A DNA stretch of 64,000 nt, taken from Fistulifera solaris. Lineage: Eukaryota. The stretch is from contig AP026139.1 of NCBI GenBank assembly GCA_030295235.1, positions 372,001 through 436,000 on the forward strand. The letters run 5' to 3'. This document shows positions 27,317-40,183 of this stretch, in pieces (within the stretch, counting starts at the first letter, position 1; each line of letters opens with the position of its first letter). The notes under the pieces were generated by a model. That model saw only the letters and a list, made by a program, of their open reading frames with translations, did no database searches and was not told the DNA's origin. The position numbers were made by a program, and so were the translations under genes.

Positions 27317-27534
27317 CTCGAGTACGCTTCGGCGTAGGAGTCTCGTTTGTCTCGTGATCTTGTTACTTTCTGCGATCAATAGTCGCACTTTTTCTTGGCG
27401 TATTGCAAAACGAAAAAGAACTGCCCAGCGGTGGACTGTTCATCCCCGTAAAAAGCTGCTTATAAACATCGTTTAAATCAATCAAATCTTTATCATCTTC
27501 TTGGGTATGAGTCCCTTACAACTAATTACTGCAC

Positions 27535-28589
27535 TTAGCAGAAAGAGTTACGCCAATTTGTTCTTTTGCAAAGGTCGGGAGCTTTCCAGCAAATGAAGGA
27601 AGCTAGGGCAACAGTCATGCAAAACTGCTGTTGTTGTACGAGATTGGGAACGACATCAGCTACCGACGGTAGCTGGTAAAGGCACCTCGATCATTTTCAA
27701 AACACCGTGAAAGAAGAAAAAGCTCTGTTGACAATAGACCGACAAGATGTGTGAGTCTCAGTCAACCGCAACTTAGAAGACATGGAACAAGAATCTAACT
27801 CACTCGCTGCTGTTCATTCGAAAAGTAATACCAAGAAAAGGCATAAATACCGGCATTCGCGAGCTTGTCGACCCCAAAGAAAATCAATATGGGTGTGATG
27901 CCTGCGATGGATGTTGTTTGTATCGAAAGTGACTCGATTACCCCTGCGATTTTGCCTTTGGTAAGAATCGGGAAAACGATCTGGGAGCAGGCGAATAGGC
28001 TAAACAAAGCCAACGACACCAATGTACGAGATTGCAACGTCGTCTCTCGTGGGAATGTATTCTTTGCCAGAAAGGGGATAGTATCCCTACTTGGAACAGC
28101 GACTAGAGATAGCCCGGCAAGTATCATCAGCTGTCGCCAAACAATCTGGGACGGTATCCACCCGTTCGACGCCCAAAAGGCCAGGCCAGCCGGAAGCATA
28201 AGACAAAATGCTAGATTTGCTTGAAGAAGCTGTAGCATACGATCCGAGCTGAGGCACTCGAGAGTTGCCGCAAGTACAAGAAGAAGCACGCTGAGAGCCG
28301 ATTGGTATTTGTATTTCAAAAGTCCTGAGATTGCGCCGTCTTGACAAGCTTCTTCGCCAAAGAACTTGAGACATGTAGTAGAGGGATGTCCGTCCGATGT
28401 CGAGATCGAAGCATTTCTCACGTCCATGAGCTTGGAAACGCCTACTGCGAGTAAAATCAACATGGTCCATCGCGGCACGTTAACTGTCACCTTCTCCCGG
28501 GTTCCAGGGTCGAAAAACTCTCCAGGTGCCCCTTTCAACGCTGTGGGTGCACCCTTTACCATTTTGGACTTTTTCTTGTTGGAAGGCAT
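27535..28589 (-). CDS. Multi-pass membrane protein of unknown function; probable intron near 27730-27803
   Basis: Start MPSNKKKSK at 28589, several hydrophobic segments; GTGAGT donor at the ORF end; 3' end approximate. Confidence 0.55.
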
Positions 28590-29138
28590 GATTTCTCTGG
28601 TTTCGTAATATTGTAATGGAGATGAAGAGACCCGAGACCCGAGGTAAATTATGCTCGATTTGTGAAATGAGCTGTGATGATTTGTTTTTGTCAAAAAATG
28701 ATGAGTTTAACGATAACGGTAAGCGTTACCCGACCCTATTTATTTTTGAAAACGTGAGCGGGCGGCTTCAACGTGACTGAACTGTTCGTGTTTGAACCTC
28801 AAACTGCCCGTCCGCCGTCACGATCAGAATTGCTGTATGCAAAACACAGTACAGTACGATTTTGTTCGTAAAACTGTACCAGGTACGAATAGTGTATAGT
28901 GTTCCTCGTCGCCGCAGCTCGGAGCCGTTCGTCGTCCGCCTTTTTCTTGACAATGGCAAAGATTGACCAAGACCGCTGCATCAGTCTGCTTTAGCCCATG
29001 CGATTCAACCTTTGCTTGTTCGTTTGATAAGTGTTACGCAGATTGCGCCTAGTTGTCGAAGCCATTATAAAGGCGCTGCATCGTACTTTTGATTCTTTCA
29101 TTTTCTTATCGGTTTCCTTCCAATCGTTCGTGAAAACA

Positions 29139-32100
29139 ATGGATTACGATGATGATGCCTTAAACAACGGGCCAAATATGGAAATATACGATGACGAACA
29201 GCCTATTGATGAGGAGATGATGGATGTAGAAGATATTCCGGTCACGCAAGAGGATTCTTGGGCGGTGATTAGGTACGATCACTCTCGAACCGACCTAGTC
29301 GATGTGCGTTTCTTATGGTCACTCACCATCGGATATTTAGTGCTTATTTCGAAGAAAAGGGTCTCGTTCGACAGCAGCTTGATTCTTTTGATGAGTTTAT
29401 TCAAAACACGATGCAAGAACTAGTAGACGACTCAGGTGACATTCGTGTGTCTCCGGAAGTACAGCACATGGTCGGATACGATGATGAAGCTTACGATGCC
29501 GAGCAGCAAAGGATACTAAACTAGTTTTTGAAATCCACTTTGGTCAAGTGTACTTGTCAAAACCCACAACTGTTGAAAAGGATGGCAAGGTCACCTACAT
29601 GTTTCCTCATGAAGCGCGTCTTCGTAACCTGACTTATGCTGCTCCTCTTTACGTGGATGTTGACCTGAACCAATATCACGTTCCTCGTGAAGTCAATGTC
29701 AACGACCCGTCGGAGGACATGGGTGAACCGGTATCGACAGAACACGCCAAAAAGGAGTTTTTGGGCTACGTGCCGATCATGTTGCGGTGTCTCTTTTGCG
29801 TGTTATCAGATAAAGATGATGCGGAGCTGTCCGAGCTCGGGGAGTGCATTTACGATCAAGGCGGATATTTTGTGATCAACGGGTCTGAGAAGGTGATAAT
29901 TGCCCAGGAGCGTTTGAGTAATAATCACGTGTATGCATTCAAAAAGAAACAACCGTCAAAGTTTTCGTGGGTGATCGAAACACGAAGTCAAGTTGAAAAT
30001 TCGACGAGGCCAGTAAGCTCTTTGTACATTCAGATGTACCACAAGGGCGGGCGAGGCGCAATCGAAGGGAATCAAATTCGCTCTACACTGCCATATATTC
30101 GAACAGATGTCCCAGTCGTTATTATTTTTCGAGCGTTAGGATATGTGGCAGACCGCGATATTATTGAGCATGTTGTGTACGATTTAACGGATGGTGAAAT
30201 GATGGATCTATTTCGTCCTAGTTTGGAAGAAGCTTTTGTTATTCAAAGACAAGATGTCGCTTTGGATTTTATCGGACGACGAGGAAGTGCAAAAGATGTC
30301 ACGAAGGAGGACCGTATGCGTTACGCTCAGGCCATTCTTCAAAAGAAGTTTTACCTCACGTTGGGACTGAAGAGCACTGCGAAACGAAGAAAGGATTTTT
30401 CATTGGATATGCCGTGCACAAACTGCTCATGTGCAAGCTGGGCCGGGCAGATGAGGACGATCGCGATCATTTTGGGAAGAAGCGCCTCGATTTGGCTGGT
30501 CCTCTACTTGGTGGGCTTTTCCGCATTCTATTCCGCAAATTGACAAAAGATGTTAGAAAGCATCTTCAGCGCTGTTTGGATGAAGGAAAGCATTTCAACA
30601 TTGGTGCTTCGATCAAGAGCAATCATATCACAGATGGTTTGAAGTACAGTCTGGCGACGGGTAATTGGGGTGACAAGGGGATGACAGCCAAAGCCGGAGT
30701 CTCGCAGGTGCTCAACCGTCTAACTTACGCTTCTTCTTTATCCCACTTACGAAGATCAAACACTCCTTTAGCTCGTACAGGAAAGCAAGCGAAGCCTCGA
30801 CAGCTCCATAACACTCATTGGGGGAATGGTGTGTCCGGCCGAAACGCCCGAAGGACAAGCAGTTGGTCTTGTCAAGAATCTTGCCTTGATGGCGTACATC
30901 ACTACTGGGACCGCACAAGTTCCGGTCCTAGAGTTTCTTGAGGAGTTCAGCACTGAAAATTTGACTGATATTCTTCCCTCAGTTATCGCTGAACCAAATA
31001 CGTGCAAAATTTTCGTCAATGGCAACTGGGTAGGCATTCATCGTGATCCCAAGGCGCTCGTTGAAACATTTCGCTCTTTACGCCGAATGGTTGACATTGA
31101 CGCAGAGGTTTCCATTGTTCGCGATATCGCAGATAAGGAGGTCCGCATTTACACTGATGCTGGCCGTATTTGCCGTCCGCTATTCATTGTCCATGACCAA
31201 CAACTTGCCATTAAGAAGAGTCACATTGTACAACTTCAAGGTCTGAATCCGAATGAAAAGCGCTTGACTTGGACCGATCTGTTGATGGAGGGCTTGGTCG
31301 AGTACATTGACACAGAAGAGGAGGAGACGACCATGATTGCAATGGAGCCGAAAGATTTGGATGCTACTGACGCATACTCTTCAACTTACACGCATTGTGA
31401 GATCCACCCCAGCATGATTTTAGGAGTCTGTGCTTCAATCATTCCTTTTCCCGACCATAACCAGTCTCCCCGTAATACGTATCAGAGTGCCATGGGCAAG
31501 CAAGCTATGGGTATCTATGCTTCAAATTACCAAGTTCGTATGGACACAATGGCCCATGTACTGCACTACCCCCAGAAACCACTATGCACCACCCGAGCTA
31601 TGGAGTTCCTGCATTTCCGAGAGCTTCCTAGTGGAGTGAATTGCGTCGTTGCAATCATGATTTATACAGGTTACAATCAAGAGGATTCCCTGATTATGAA
31701 TCAATCCGCAATCGATCGAGGACTGTTTCGATCGTCGTACTATCGCTGCTACATTGATCAAGAAAAGGCGAGCTCTGTAGGAACGATAGGTTCATTGACG
31801 TCGGAGCTCTTCGAAAAGCCCGCAATGGACAATACGAGAGGGATGAAGCATGGCGAGTACGGCAAACTCGATGATGATGGTCTTGTCGCCCCGGGAACAA
31901 GAGTGTCGGGAGACGATGTTTTGATCGGGAAAACCGCCCCGATGGACAGCACGAGCGGTATGCCCTCAAGATACACAAAACGTGATTGCAGTACATCGAT
32001 GAAGGCGAATGAAAACGGAATAGTGGACAACGTTTTGATCAGCACCACGAAAGAAGGCTATCGATTCACAAAAGTTCGTATCAGGAACGTGCGAATTCCT

Positions 32101-32853
32101 CAGGTTGGAGATAAATTCGCTTCTCGTCACGGCCAGAAAGGTACTATAGGCATGACCTACCGCCAAGAAGATATGCCATTCACAGTGGAAGGTATTGTCC
32201 CCGACATTATTGTTAACCCTCACGCCATCCCATCCCGAATGACCATTGCGCAGCTTATCGAATGTTTATTGGGTAAAGTTGTCGTGTTCCAAGGTTGCGA
32301 AGGGGATGCCACGCCTTTCACAGATGTCACGGTCGAAGACATCAGTACACGTTTGCACGCCATGGGGTACCAAAAACATGGCAACGAAGCTTTGTATCAG
32401 GGCCACACGGGACGTCCCCTCAACGCTCGTGTTTTCATTGGTCCAACTTTTTACCAGCGATTGAAGCATCTGGTCGATGACAAGGTGCATTCACGTGCAC
32501 GTGGTCCCGTCGCGATGCTCACCCGCCAGCCGCTCGAGGGTCGTTCTCGCGATGGAGGTCTTCGTATGGGTGAAATGGAACGTGATTGTTTGATCACACA
32601 CGGATGTGCCAACTTTATCCGCGATCGATTTTTCATGAACTCGGATCAGTATCGCATTCATATTTGTGAACGATGCGGTCTCACGGCTCAATCCAATTTG
32701 AAGAAGATGACTTACGAGTGCCGCAGTCCGATGTGCGTCGGTCGACCCACGCAGATTTGTCAGGTCGAGATCCCTTACGCGGCGAAACTTCTATTGCAAG
32801 AACTCAATTCCATGTGCATTCAGACACGAATCTTTACGAGGATGGATGCCTGA
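29139..32853 (+). CDS. RPB2: RNA polymerase II second-largest subunit; intron 29273-29340; three apparent frameshifts (about 29520, 30345, 30822)
   Basis: [69 protein letters not shown]-terminal Zn ribbon. Confidence 0.97.
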
Positions 32854-33509
32854 TTATGATCGAGGTTTATTGAAATAGACTTAAGAAACGATCTTGGACA
32901 AGATGGGCACTTCGCTACTGGGAGAAGCTATGCAAGTAGAGCGTAATGATAGGCCTCACTAGTTTGCAAATGTATTTACATTTCCTGAGGTGATCATTGT
33001 AGTGGACGAAATCGTGAAAAGCTATTGGAGTGCGCACATTTGCCTGCTTGGTCGCTCCAGTCGATGAAAAGAAAAAAGAACATTTTGCTGGAAGATGCTC
33101 GTCCATACTTGTTAGGACTTTTCGAACAAAAGATAAAACCGCTCCGATTCGTGATCGTGACTTATGATATCTCATGACTCATGACTGAAGGAACACAAAA
33201 ACTTCCCGGCAACAGCGCGGAATTTTTTATTGGTTCTCTTCAAAAACTCGAATCTTTTGTTGTGAGGCTTTTTGGCAAGAACAAAGGATGAAGTCGTCAG
33301 CGAAAAGAAGATCTGGAGCCGGCGAAGCTTTTGCTATCATTATTCGCCGTCGGGTGAGCATTTGTCTGTTACTCCGTACACAGGTTTGGCAATTTCCGAC
33401 AGAGGCCGTCTCGCGTCGGCTGTTTCTAGTTGTCTTTCAATCCTACTAGCACTGGTAGAGCCAGGAACCGTATTCTTCCGCCCTTCCAACCAGTATATTC
33501 TCTGCTATC

Positions 33510-35561
33510 ATGTATGCTCCTCCTTTAACCGCCGACGAAATCACCACAGCGGCCGGAGTGATTCGTCAACAAACGGGTGTGACCGACGATCCGCACGGCC
33601 AAGAATTGCGTTTCGTGGCCATTTCCACCCAAGAATCGGCCGCACCCGCACGACACGCGCACATTATTACCGTAGAACCACCGACGGGCAAGGCCACCGA
33701 ATATGTCGTCCGCTTGGTTGACCAGACGATTGTTTCGACACTGGAATTGCCGCTGGGAACACAACCCTTGTTTACCCCGGACGATTGTGATTTGGCCGAA
33801 CAAGTGGTGCAGCAATCGCCCGAAGTGGCGGCCGCCTTGGAAGAGCGGTACGGTATCACCGACATGACGCGTGTCGCGTGTGATCCATGGAGTATTCATT
33901 TGGCCTGTGACGATGATACGGCTTTGACACAATGGCGGACCGATGGTATCCCCGGCCGATTGGTACAAACCTTCTTGTATTATCGTCAAGATGGCATGGC
34001 CGACAATCATTACGCTCATCCGATTGATATCTTGCCCGTGGTGGATTTGAATGCCCGGGTTGTGGTGTGTATTCACGGAATGGATCGGCCGGCTCCAAAA
34101 ATTCCTACGGATTCGGTCAATTATCATCGTGACTTGTTGCACAACAACTCGTACTTGGCCACGAAATGGAGAAGTGATGTCCCCAAGTCACTGAATGTTC
34201 TTCAACCCGAAGGTCCTTCGTTCACGGTGACCAACGACACACACGTGGAATGGCAAAAATGGTCATTCGATATCGGTTTCAATTATCGCGAAGGATTGAC
34301 GCTGCACAATATGTCCTTTGACGGCCGCCCCGTTCTCAACCGCGCTTCCTTGGTCGAAATGGCCGTCCCGTATGCCGATCCCTATCCTCCGCATACGCGC
34401 AAGTGTGCGTTCGATGTGGGCGATTACGGCTTGGGGTATTGCGCCAATTCGTTGCAATTGGGGTGCGATTGTTTGGGACACATTCGGTATTTTGATGTCG
34501 TGCTCAATGATGCCGCCGGCAATCCGGTGCACAAGCCGAAAGCCATTTGTATGCACGAAGAAGATCAAGGAATCTTGTGGAAACATGTCGAGTACCGAAA
34601 CGGGTACAATGAATCACGTAGATCGAGAGAGTTGGTGATTTCATTTGTGGCGACTGTCGTCAACTACGAATATCTCTTTTACTGGAGATTGAAACAAGAT
34701 GGTATGATCGATTTTGAAATTAAACTATCTGGCGAGTTGTCGACGAATCTGTTGTCGGCGCCGGAATCGGATGGTCGTCCGACTCATGGAGTTTTGGTGG
34801 CACCCGGTGTTAACTCGCAAATCCACCAACACATGTTTTGTGCACGTCTCGACATGGCGGTGGATGGAGTGGAACACAATACCGTTCGTGAGGTCGATAT
34901 TGTCTCGCGTCCCATCGATCCCGTCTCGAATCCGTACGGCAATGTCTTTGAGCCGGTGGAAACCTTGCTAACCACGGAACAGGCGGCCATCCGGACTCTG
35001 GATGTCACCAAAGCACGCACGTGGAAGATATCGAGCAACAAAACGAATCCCATCAATGGCAAGTTAACTTCCTACAAGCTCGTTCCATTCAGTAAAGGTG
35101 CCGCTCAGCCCGTTCTGATGACCGATCCGTCGTCTGCTGTTTCCAAAAGGGATCTTTTGCTACGTCTCATTTGTGGGTGACTCCTTATCATCCGAAGGAG
35201 CGTTTTCCGGCTGGCGAATATACACCACAAGGTGACGGGTCCGTCGGTTTACCTCAATGGACGAGTCGAGATCGCAGTTTGTTGGATTGTCCGGAAGGCA
35301 TTGTGGTCTGGCACGGTATGTACTTGGATCGCTTTCCTGCTGTTATCGTTATGCTGCACTCACATTCGTTTCGTCGTTCCAGCCTTTGGCGTGCTACATG
35401 TTCCGCGCATTGAAGATTTCCCAGTGATGCCTTGTGAAATTACTGGCTTTAGTTTGAAGCCCGACAACTTTTTCTTGGGAAACCCTGGAATTGATATCCC
35501 ACCGGAAGTCAACGAAGCTAGTAAGCTTGACACTATGGCGTGCTGTGCTGCCAAAGACTGA
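33510..35561 (+). CDS. Copper/TPQ amine oxidase; frameshift near 35150; intron about 35317-35382
   Basis: TVVNYEY (TPQ precursor Tyr), HQH copper ligands, AFDVGDYG catalytic Asp region, HVPRIEDFPVMP. Confidence 0.93.
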
Positions 35562-36945
35562 TCAATACCTCGTGGAATTTGTTCGAAAACTGCAGTTGTC
35601 ATCGTCCACTAAAAAAATGCATTGAATAAGAGATACTTAGGTTGTAGTGATCAGTCTCTATTTTTGCACTGGTCAATCGAGGTCGTCAACGTCCTTCTTC
35701 GTTACTGAATAGCAGATAACAAACGCCGGAGTGCACGTGCAAGTTAGTACCATACCACCACAAGAGCAGTCGCCAAGTTGTACTATGGTTGATACATTAC
35801 TGATATAGAATAAATTCTTCTTTTCCTTTGTGAAGTATACGTTTGTTGATTCCTCCTCTCTATGAAACGGCAAACTTTTCGATTCAGCCCGCGCGACTTC
35901 GTCGAAATATAGTGTGGCTTTACTTTGGTTTTTTCATATTCTTTTGCAAGAAATTGATCCTTCTACAGGATTGCAGGTTGCAGTGATTCAGGGTCAGATG
36001 TTTCACCCTTCAAAAAAATCTAGCGTCTTTGATCTACCTCGTTACAAAATGCCTTCGCGAAGACCGATACTTTATCAATATCGTACTCGGGAATCATTGC
36101 GATCCAAGATGAGTTATGCGCCCTTCCGGCAATTATCGACAGCCGTCATTCTGAAGTCGGGGCAAGCTTCCTGTGACATCCCAATGTCAAAGAACAGAGT
36201 CGCTTCCTTGCACAAGCTGTAAATCCAATGTTATCGGTTTATGAAGCATCAGGCGCTACTTTCTTGCTGTTGTGTAGCGTGGGAATGGAAAGGAAAGGGT
36301 TCGCGGCGGTCGCCTTCTTGCCGCTTTTATGATTCTTGTTCGGACGCATCTTACCTCAAGTCAGGAGCAGGCAAGCTCGGTCTATCGAAACGCAACCAAA
36401 TTATGTCAAGGGATCAGCATTACCTTCTAAACGAAACCACCGTGACGAAAAACAATGGATCGATTACCGCAAAGAAAACACTCCGCAAAAATAAAAACAA
36501 CGCGGCATGTGAAGAGTGTGTTTTGTCTTATTTCGTCTTCTTCTCCTCGCAACGCGGCCTTGTTAGGGTTGAATTTACAGAAAGTCTCTTTAGAAGAACG
36601 TTGCCCCTTATTAAACGTGAAACAACACCACGTACTATATTTGAATTTCAGTACCGCTGCGCGATAACCCCATTTTGCCCATTTTGTCCGTTGTCGGTTG
36701 ATGAAAAGGACCGACCACCATCGATGAAAAGCAAAAAAAAACAGAAGCAATACGGCGAGTACCAACAATGGATGCTTGCTGTTGTCTATTGACTGTCAAT
36801 TAAACCAACTCGCTACGTATGAAATAAGTGTACTAACCTAGCCCTTCAAAAAACAGCTGGCGCTCACGATCCGTTTCGGAATCACAAAGGTGGATCGTTT
36901 ATGTTCCCTAAAGCACTATCATTTGAGACGTAATATTGCCCTACA

Positions 36946-38925
36946 ATGCATTCTGCGCGCTCACCAAATGGTCACAAATCGGGTGACAAGTTTGATCGCT
37001 TCGAAAAATGGTTGCGCGACAACGGCGCAAGGTTCGATCAGGTAAGTGATGAAATCATCCATCCGTGAATGTTATTTCTTCCGTATCGCTGACACTTTCT
37101 TCTATCTTCGCTGGGTGTACATAGCTTGAAATAAAAGTTTACGATGATGGATCCTCGTCGTCGTCTCGTGGAAGAGGAGATGACAGTAACGAGGAGAAAA
37201 AAAGACACTGTGACAAAGGATGAAGGAGAAGAATCCGAAATGCGAGGAGTTCACGCTCTATCTCACATTCCTCCGAATACTCTCGTTATGAGCATTCCCC
37301 GAAAATGTCTCATCACTGTCGAAATGGGCCAAGCTACACCGATAGGTCAAGCCATTCTCAATTCCGATCTCGATCTCGATGCACCAAAACATATCTTCCT
37401 CATGGTCTACTTACTTTGGGATCGCAAAGTAAATGGAAAGAATTCGTTCTTCTTTCCTTATTACGAAGTCTTGCCGAAAACGCTAAAAAATATGCCCATA
37501 TTTTGGTCTAAGGGAGAATTAGCCGAGTTAAATGGAAGCTATCTGCAACAACAGATTGCGGATCGCAACCAAGCCATAGCGGAAGATTACCGTGCCATAT
37601 GCGAAGTGGCACCCCAAATGCGTGAATTGGCCACGTTGGAGGAGTTCAAATGGGCACGTATGTGTGTTTGTTCGCGTAACTTTGGTCTACAGATCGATGG
37701 ACACCGCACGAGCGCCCTCGTTCCGCACGCCGACATGCTCAACCATTATCGTCCCCGTGAAACGAAGTGGACGTTTGACGAGGATCGACAAGCATTCACA
37801 ATAACATCATTGCAACACATTGGCAACGGATCGCAAATTTATGACTCGTACGGACAAAAATGCAATCATCGTTTTTTGCTCAATTACGGTTTTGCCGTGG
37901 AAGACAACCGCGAACTGGATGGCTTCTGTCCCAATGAGGTCCCCTTGGAGCTCTACATCTCCCCGGATGATCCTTTGTTAAATGAAAAACTTGAGTTTTG
38001 GACCAGAGGGGAAATCAGTGACAAAAGTCAAGGAGCTTCAGGGCGAGGGACGACTCGAATACAATCAGTTAACGCCCCAGAATCATTCGGTGCTCCGCCT
38101 CTGTTGAAGCGTATCAGGGTTTGCGTTTCGAGCAATGAGAACACGCGTCTATTATTCAGTCTTTTAAGGGCTTTAGCTTGCAATGGTCCGGAACTAAATG
38201 CTCTGGCATCTCCGGTGTCTGCTTCCTGCGGTCCTATCGTGCGGGGAGACGACCGCAGTTCAGCCAACGTTGCGCGCAGCTTGTTCGGATTTCCTGAGTT
38301 GCCGTCATCAAATAGCGTTTTGACTGGCAGCCCTATACCATTCGGCGCTACCTATCATCGCTCTTGTCGTGACATACGCCACCCTGTTAGCTTGCGAAAT
38401 GAGCGCGCAGCACTACGGTTGCTATTACAAATTGTAGAAAGACATCTCTCGGAATACTCGACAACACTGGCCGCAGATGTGACCGACCTCCTCGACGAAC
38501 TAGCATATCCACGCTTTAGTAATAAACGCCACGCCAAAATTCAAGTTCGTGGAGAGAAGGAAGTATTGCACCATTTTGCGCGCTGGGCAACAACTGGACT
38601 GGAAGTTTTGGATGTGATAGAGGAAGAGTTACAGGAAGAAAGGGGATCCATTGAGGTTTCCAGCACAGGTCGCGTTTCAGTGGTGAGTCATGAAGAACGA
38701 CCTTCCTTCGACTACATGATTCAGCGTATGGAGGAGGATGCCGAATCTCGTGACATCGGACACCATACAATAGTTCGTTATTGTGCAGATGTACTGGGAA
38801 GTCTGAGGCGTGAGGAGTTCAAAAACATTCGCCGACAAAGACTCCTGCAACAAGAGCAACCGCGAGCTAGGACTTCATCCGGGCGCATCTGGAGATCCCA
38901 TGAACCTGGTAGCAGTAACAGATAA
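36946..38925 (+). CDS. SET-domain protein-lysine/histidine methyltransferase (LSMT/SETD3-like); intron 37042-37124; frameshift near 37200
   Basis: FEKWLRDNG, RGVHA, VCSRNF, LVPHADMLNH, IYDSYGQKCNHRFLLNYGF. Confidence 0.88.
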
Positions 38926-39203
38926 TGCAGTAGTCCCTTGTTATTAAGAAGTCTGCGTAGTTTTATCTACTGGCAATGCTGAATAAGGTACATTACCAGT
39001 GGCATACCAACTACACAGTTAGTAGCAGCTCATGTTGTAACTATGGATTTTCGTCGCTTTGTTTATTTATTGCTGAAAATCCCTCGTCACTATTGCTAGG
39101 ATTGACAAAATGATGTGGAAGATGTTCTTTGTAGCGAGGCGACTCACTTAGCGTCGCAGCGAAACCCAATTTTAATAGACGGAAGGCGAACAGTCTCTCT
39201 CTC

Positions 39204-39260
39204 TCGGACTCGGACCGGACACCGGACACCGGACACAGGACACGGGACATCGGACGCCAG
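39204..39260 (+). repeat. Degenerate 7-bp tandem repeat (GGACACC-like, about 7-8 units) in a promoter
   Basis: cggactcggaccggacaccggacaccggacacaggacacgggacatcggacgccag. Confidence 0.75.
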
Positions 39261-39261
39261 G

Positions 39262-39439
39262 ACGTCACACGTCACCTGTTTACCACGCCAACGCTGTTCT
39301 CCTTCTCCCACACACAAAGACACAGTGGTAATCAGTCAGCACTGACGTACTTCGGTCTTCCCATCTCATTCATCGCTCTCGCTTCGTGCTTTCTCGCAGA
39401 TCCTCGTTCTCATGGCAACGACGCAAGGATCCAACGTCA
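39262..39439. promoter_or_regulatory. Cluster of four TGACGT/ACGTCA bZIP-type boxes
   Basis: ACGTCA 39262-39267, 39269-39274, 39434-39439; TGACGT 39343-39348, all within 280 bp upstream of ATG 39542. Confidence 0.5.
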
Positions 39440-39541
39440 CCGTGCGCACGTCGCAAGAACTGTTTTGCTTGTCGTTCCTTGTGGCCAACGTTCACTTTTC
39501 AACTTTAATAAATAAATAACGGATTCACCTTGAAAGGCACC

Positions 39542-40183
39542 ATGAAGTTCTCTGCTGCTTTCGTTGCTTTGATTGCCGGAGCCACGGCTTTCACTCCGGC
39601 TCAGCCTAGCTTTGCTCGCACTTCCGTCAAGGTATACAACCTTGAGAAGGGTGCCGGTAAGTCATCTCAATAAATGATGTTTTTTAAATATTTTTTACTC
39701 AAAATGCAGTTGGATTCTCACGCATTTCGACATTGCAGGAGGTATGTTCGACACACGCAACCCCGAACCCGTGAAGCACGAAGATGCTCGCAAGTCGATC
39801 AGTGAGGCTCCGTCGTTCGAAGAGTACATGAAAATGCGAAATGGCGGTGCCCCTGCTGCCCCTGCCCCTGCACCGGCTGCTTACACACCTCCCGCTGCAC
39901 CGGCATGGGCTCCTCCTGCTGCCCCCGCTTGGGCCCCCCGGCTGCTCCTGCCTGGGCTCCTCCCGCCGCCCCCGCTTGGGCACCTCCTGCTCAAGCGCCC
40001 GCCCCGTGGTCGCCACCGGCCGCCGCCCCGGCTCCTGCTGCCCATGGCGGTGCCCCAGTCAAGGGTGCCGGTGGTATGTTCGATACCCGTGATCCTGAAC
40101 CAGTCAAGCACGAGGACCCTCGCAAGTCGATCAGCGCCGCTCCTTCCTTCGAAGAGTACATGAAGATGCGTAACAACCAGTAA
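39542..40183 (+). CDS. Plastid-targeted small repeat protein (two 38-aa motifs + Pro/Ala/Trp linker); intron 39657-39738; one C missing near 39935
   Basis: MKFSAAFVALIAGATA-FTPAQPSFART bipartite presequence; spliced frame continues into GGMFDTRNPEP; strong codon bias. Confidence 0.85.

Noticed and set aside
33510..35561. Recent bacterial HGT or contamination for the amine oxidase or PepN
   Set aside because: The amine oxidase has a spliceosomal intron, PepN has a eukaryotic presequence, and both families are widespread in eukaryotes
39204..39990. CRISPR-like array
   Set aside because: Repeats are contiguous 7-bp or 24-bp coding units without unique spacers; no cas genes; eukaryotic context
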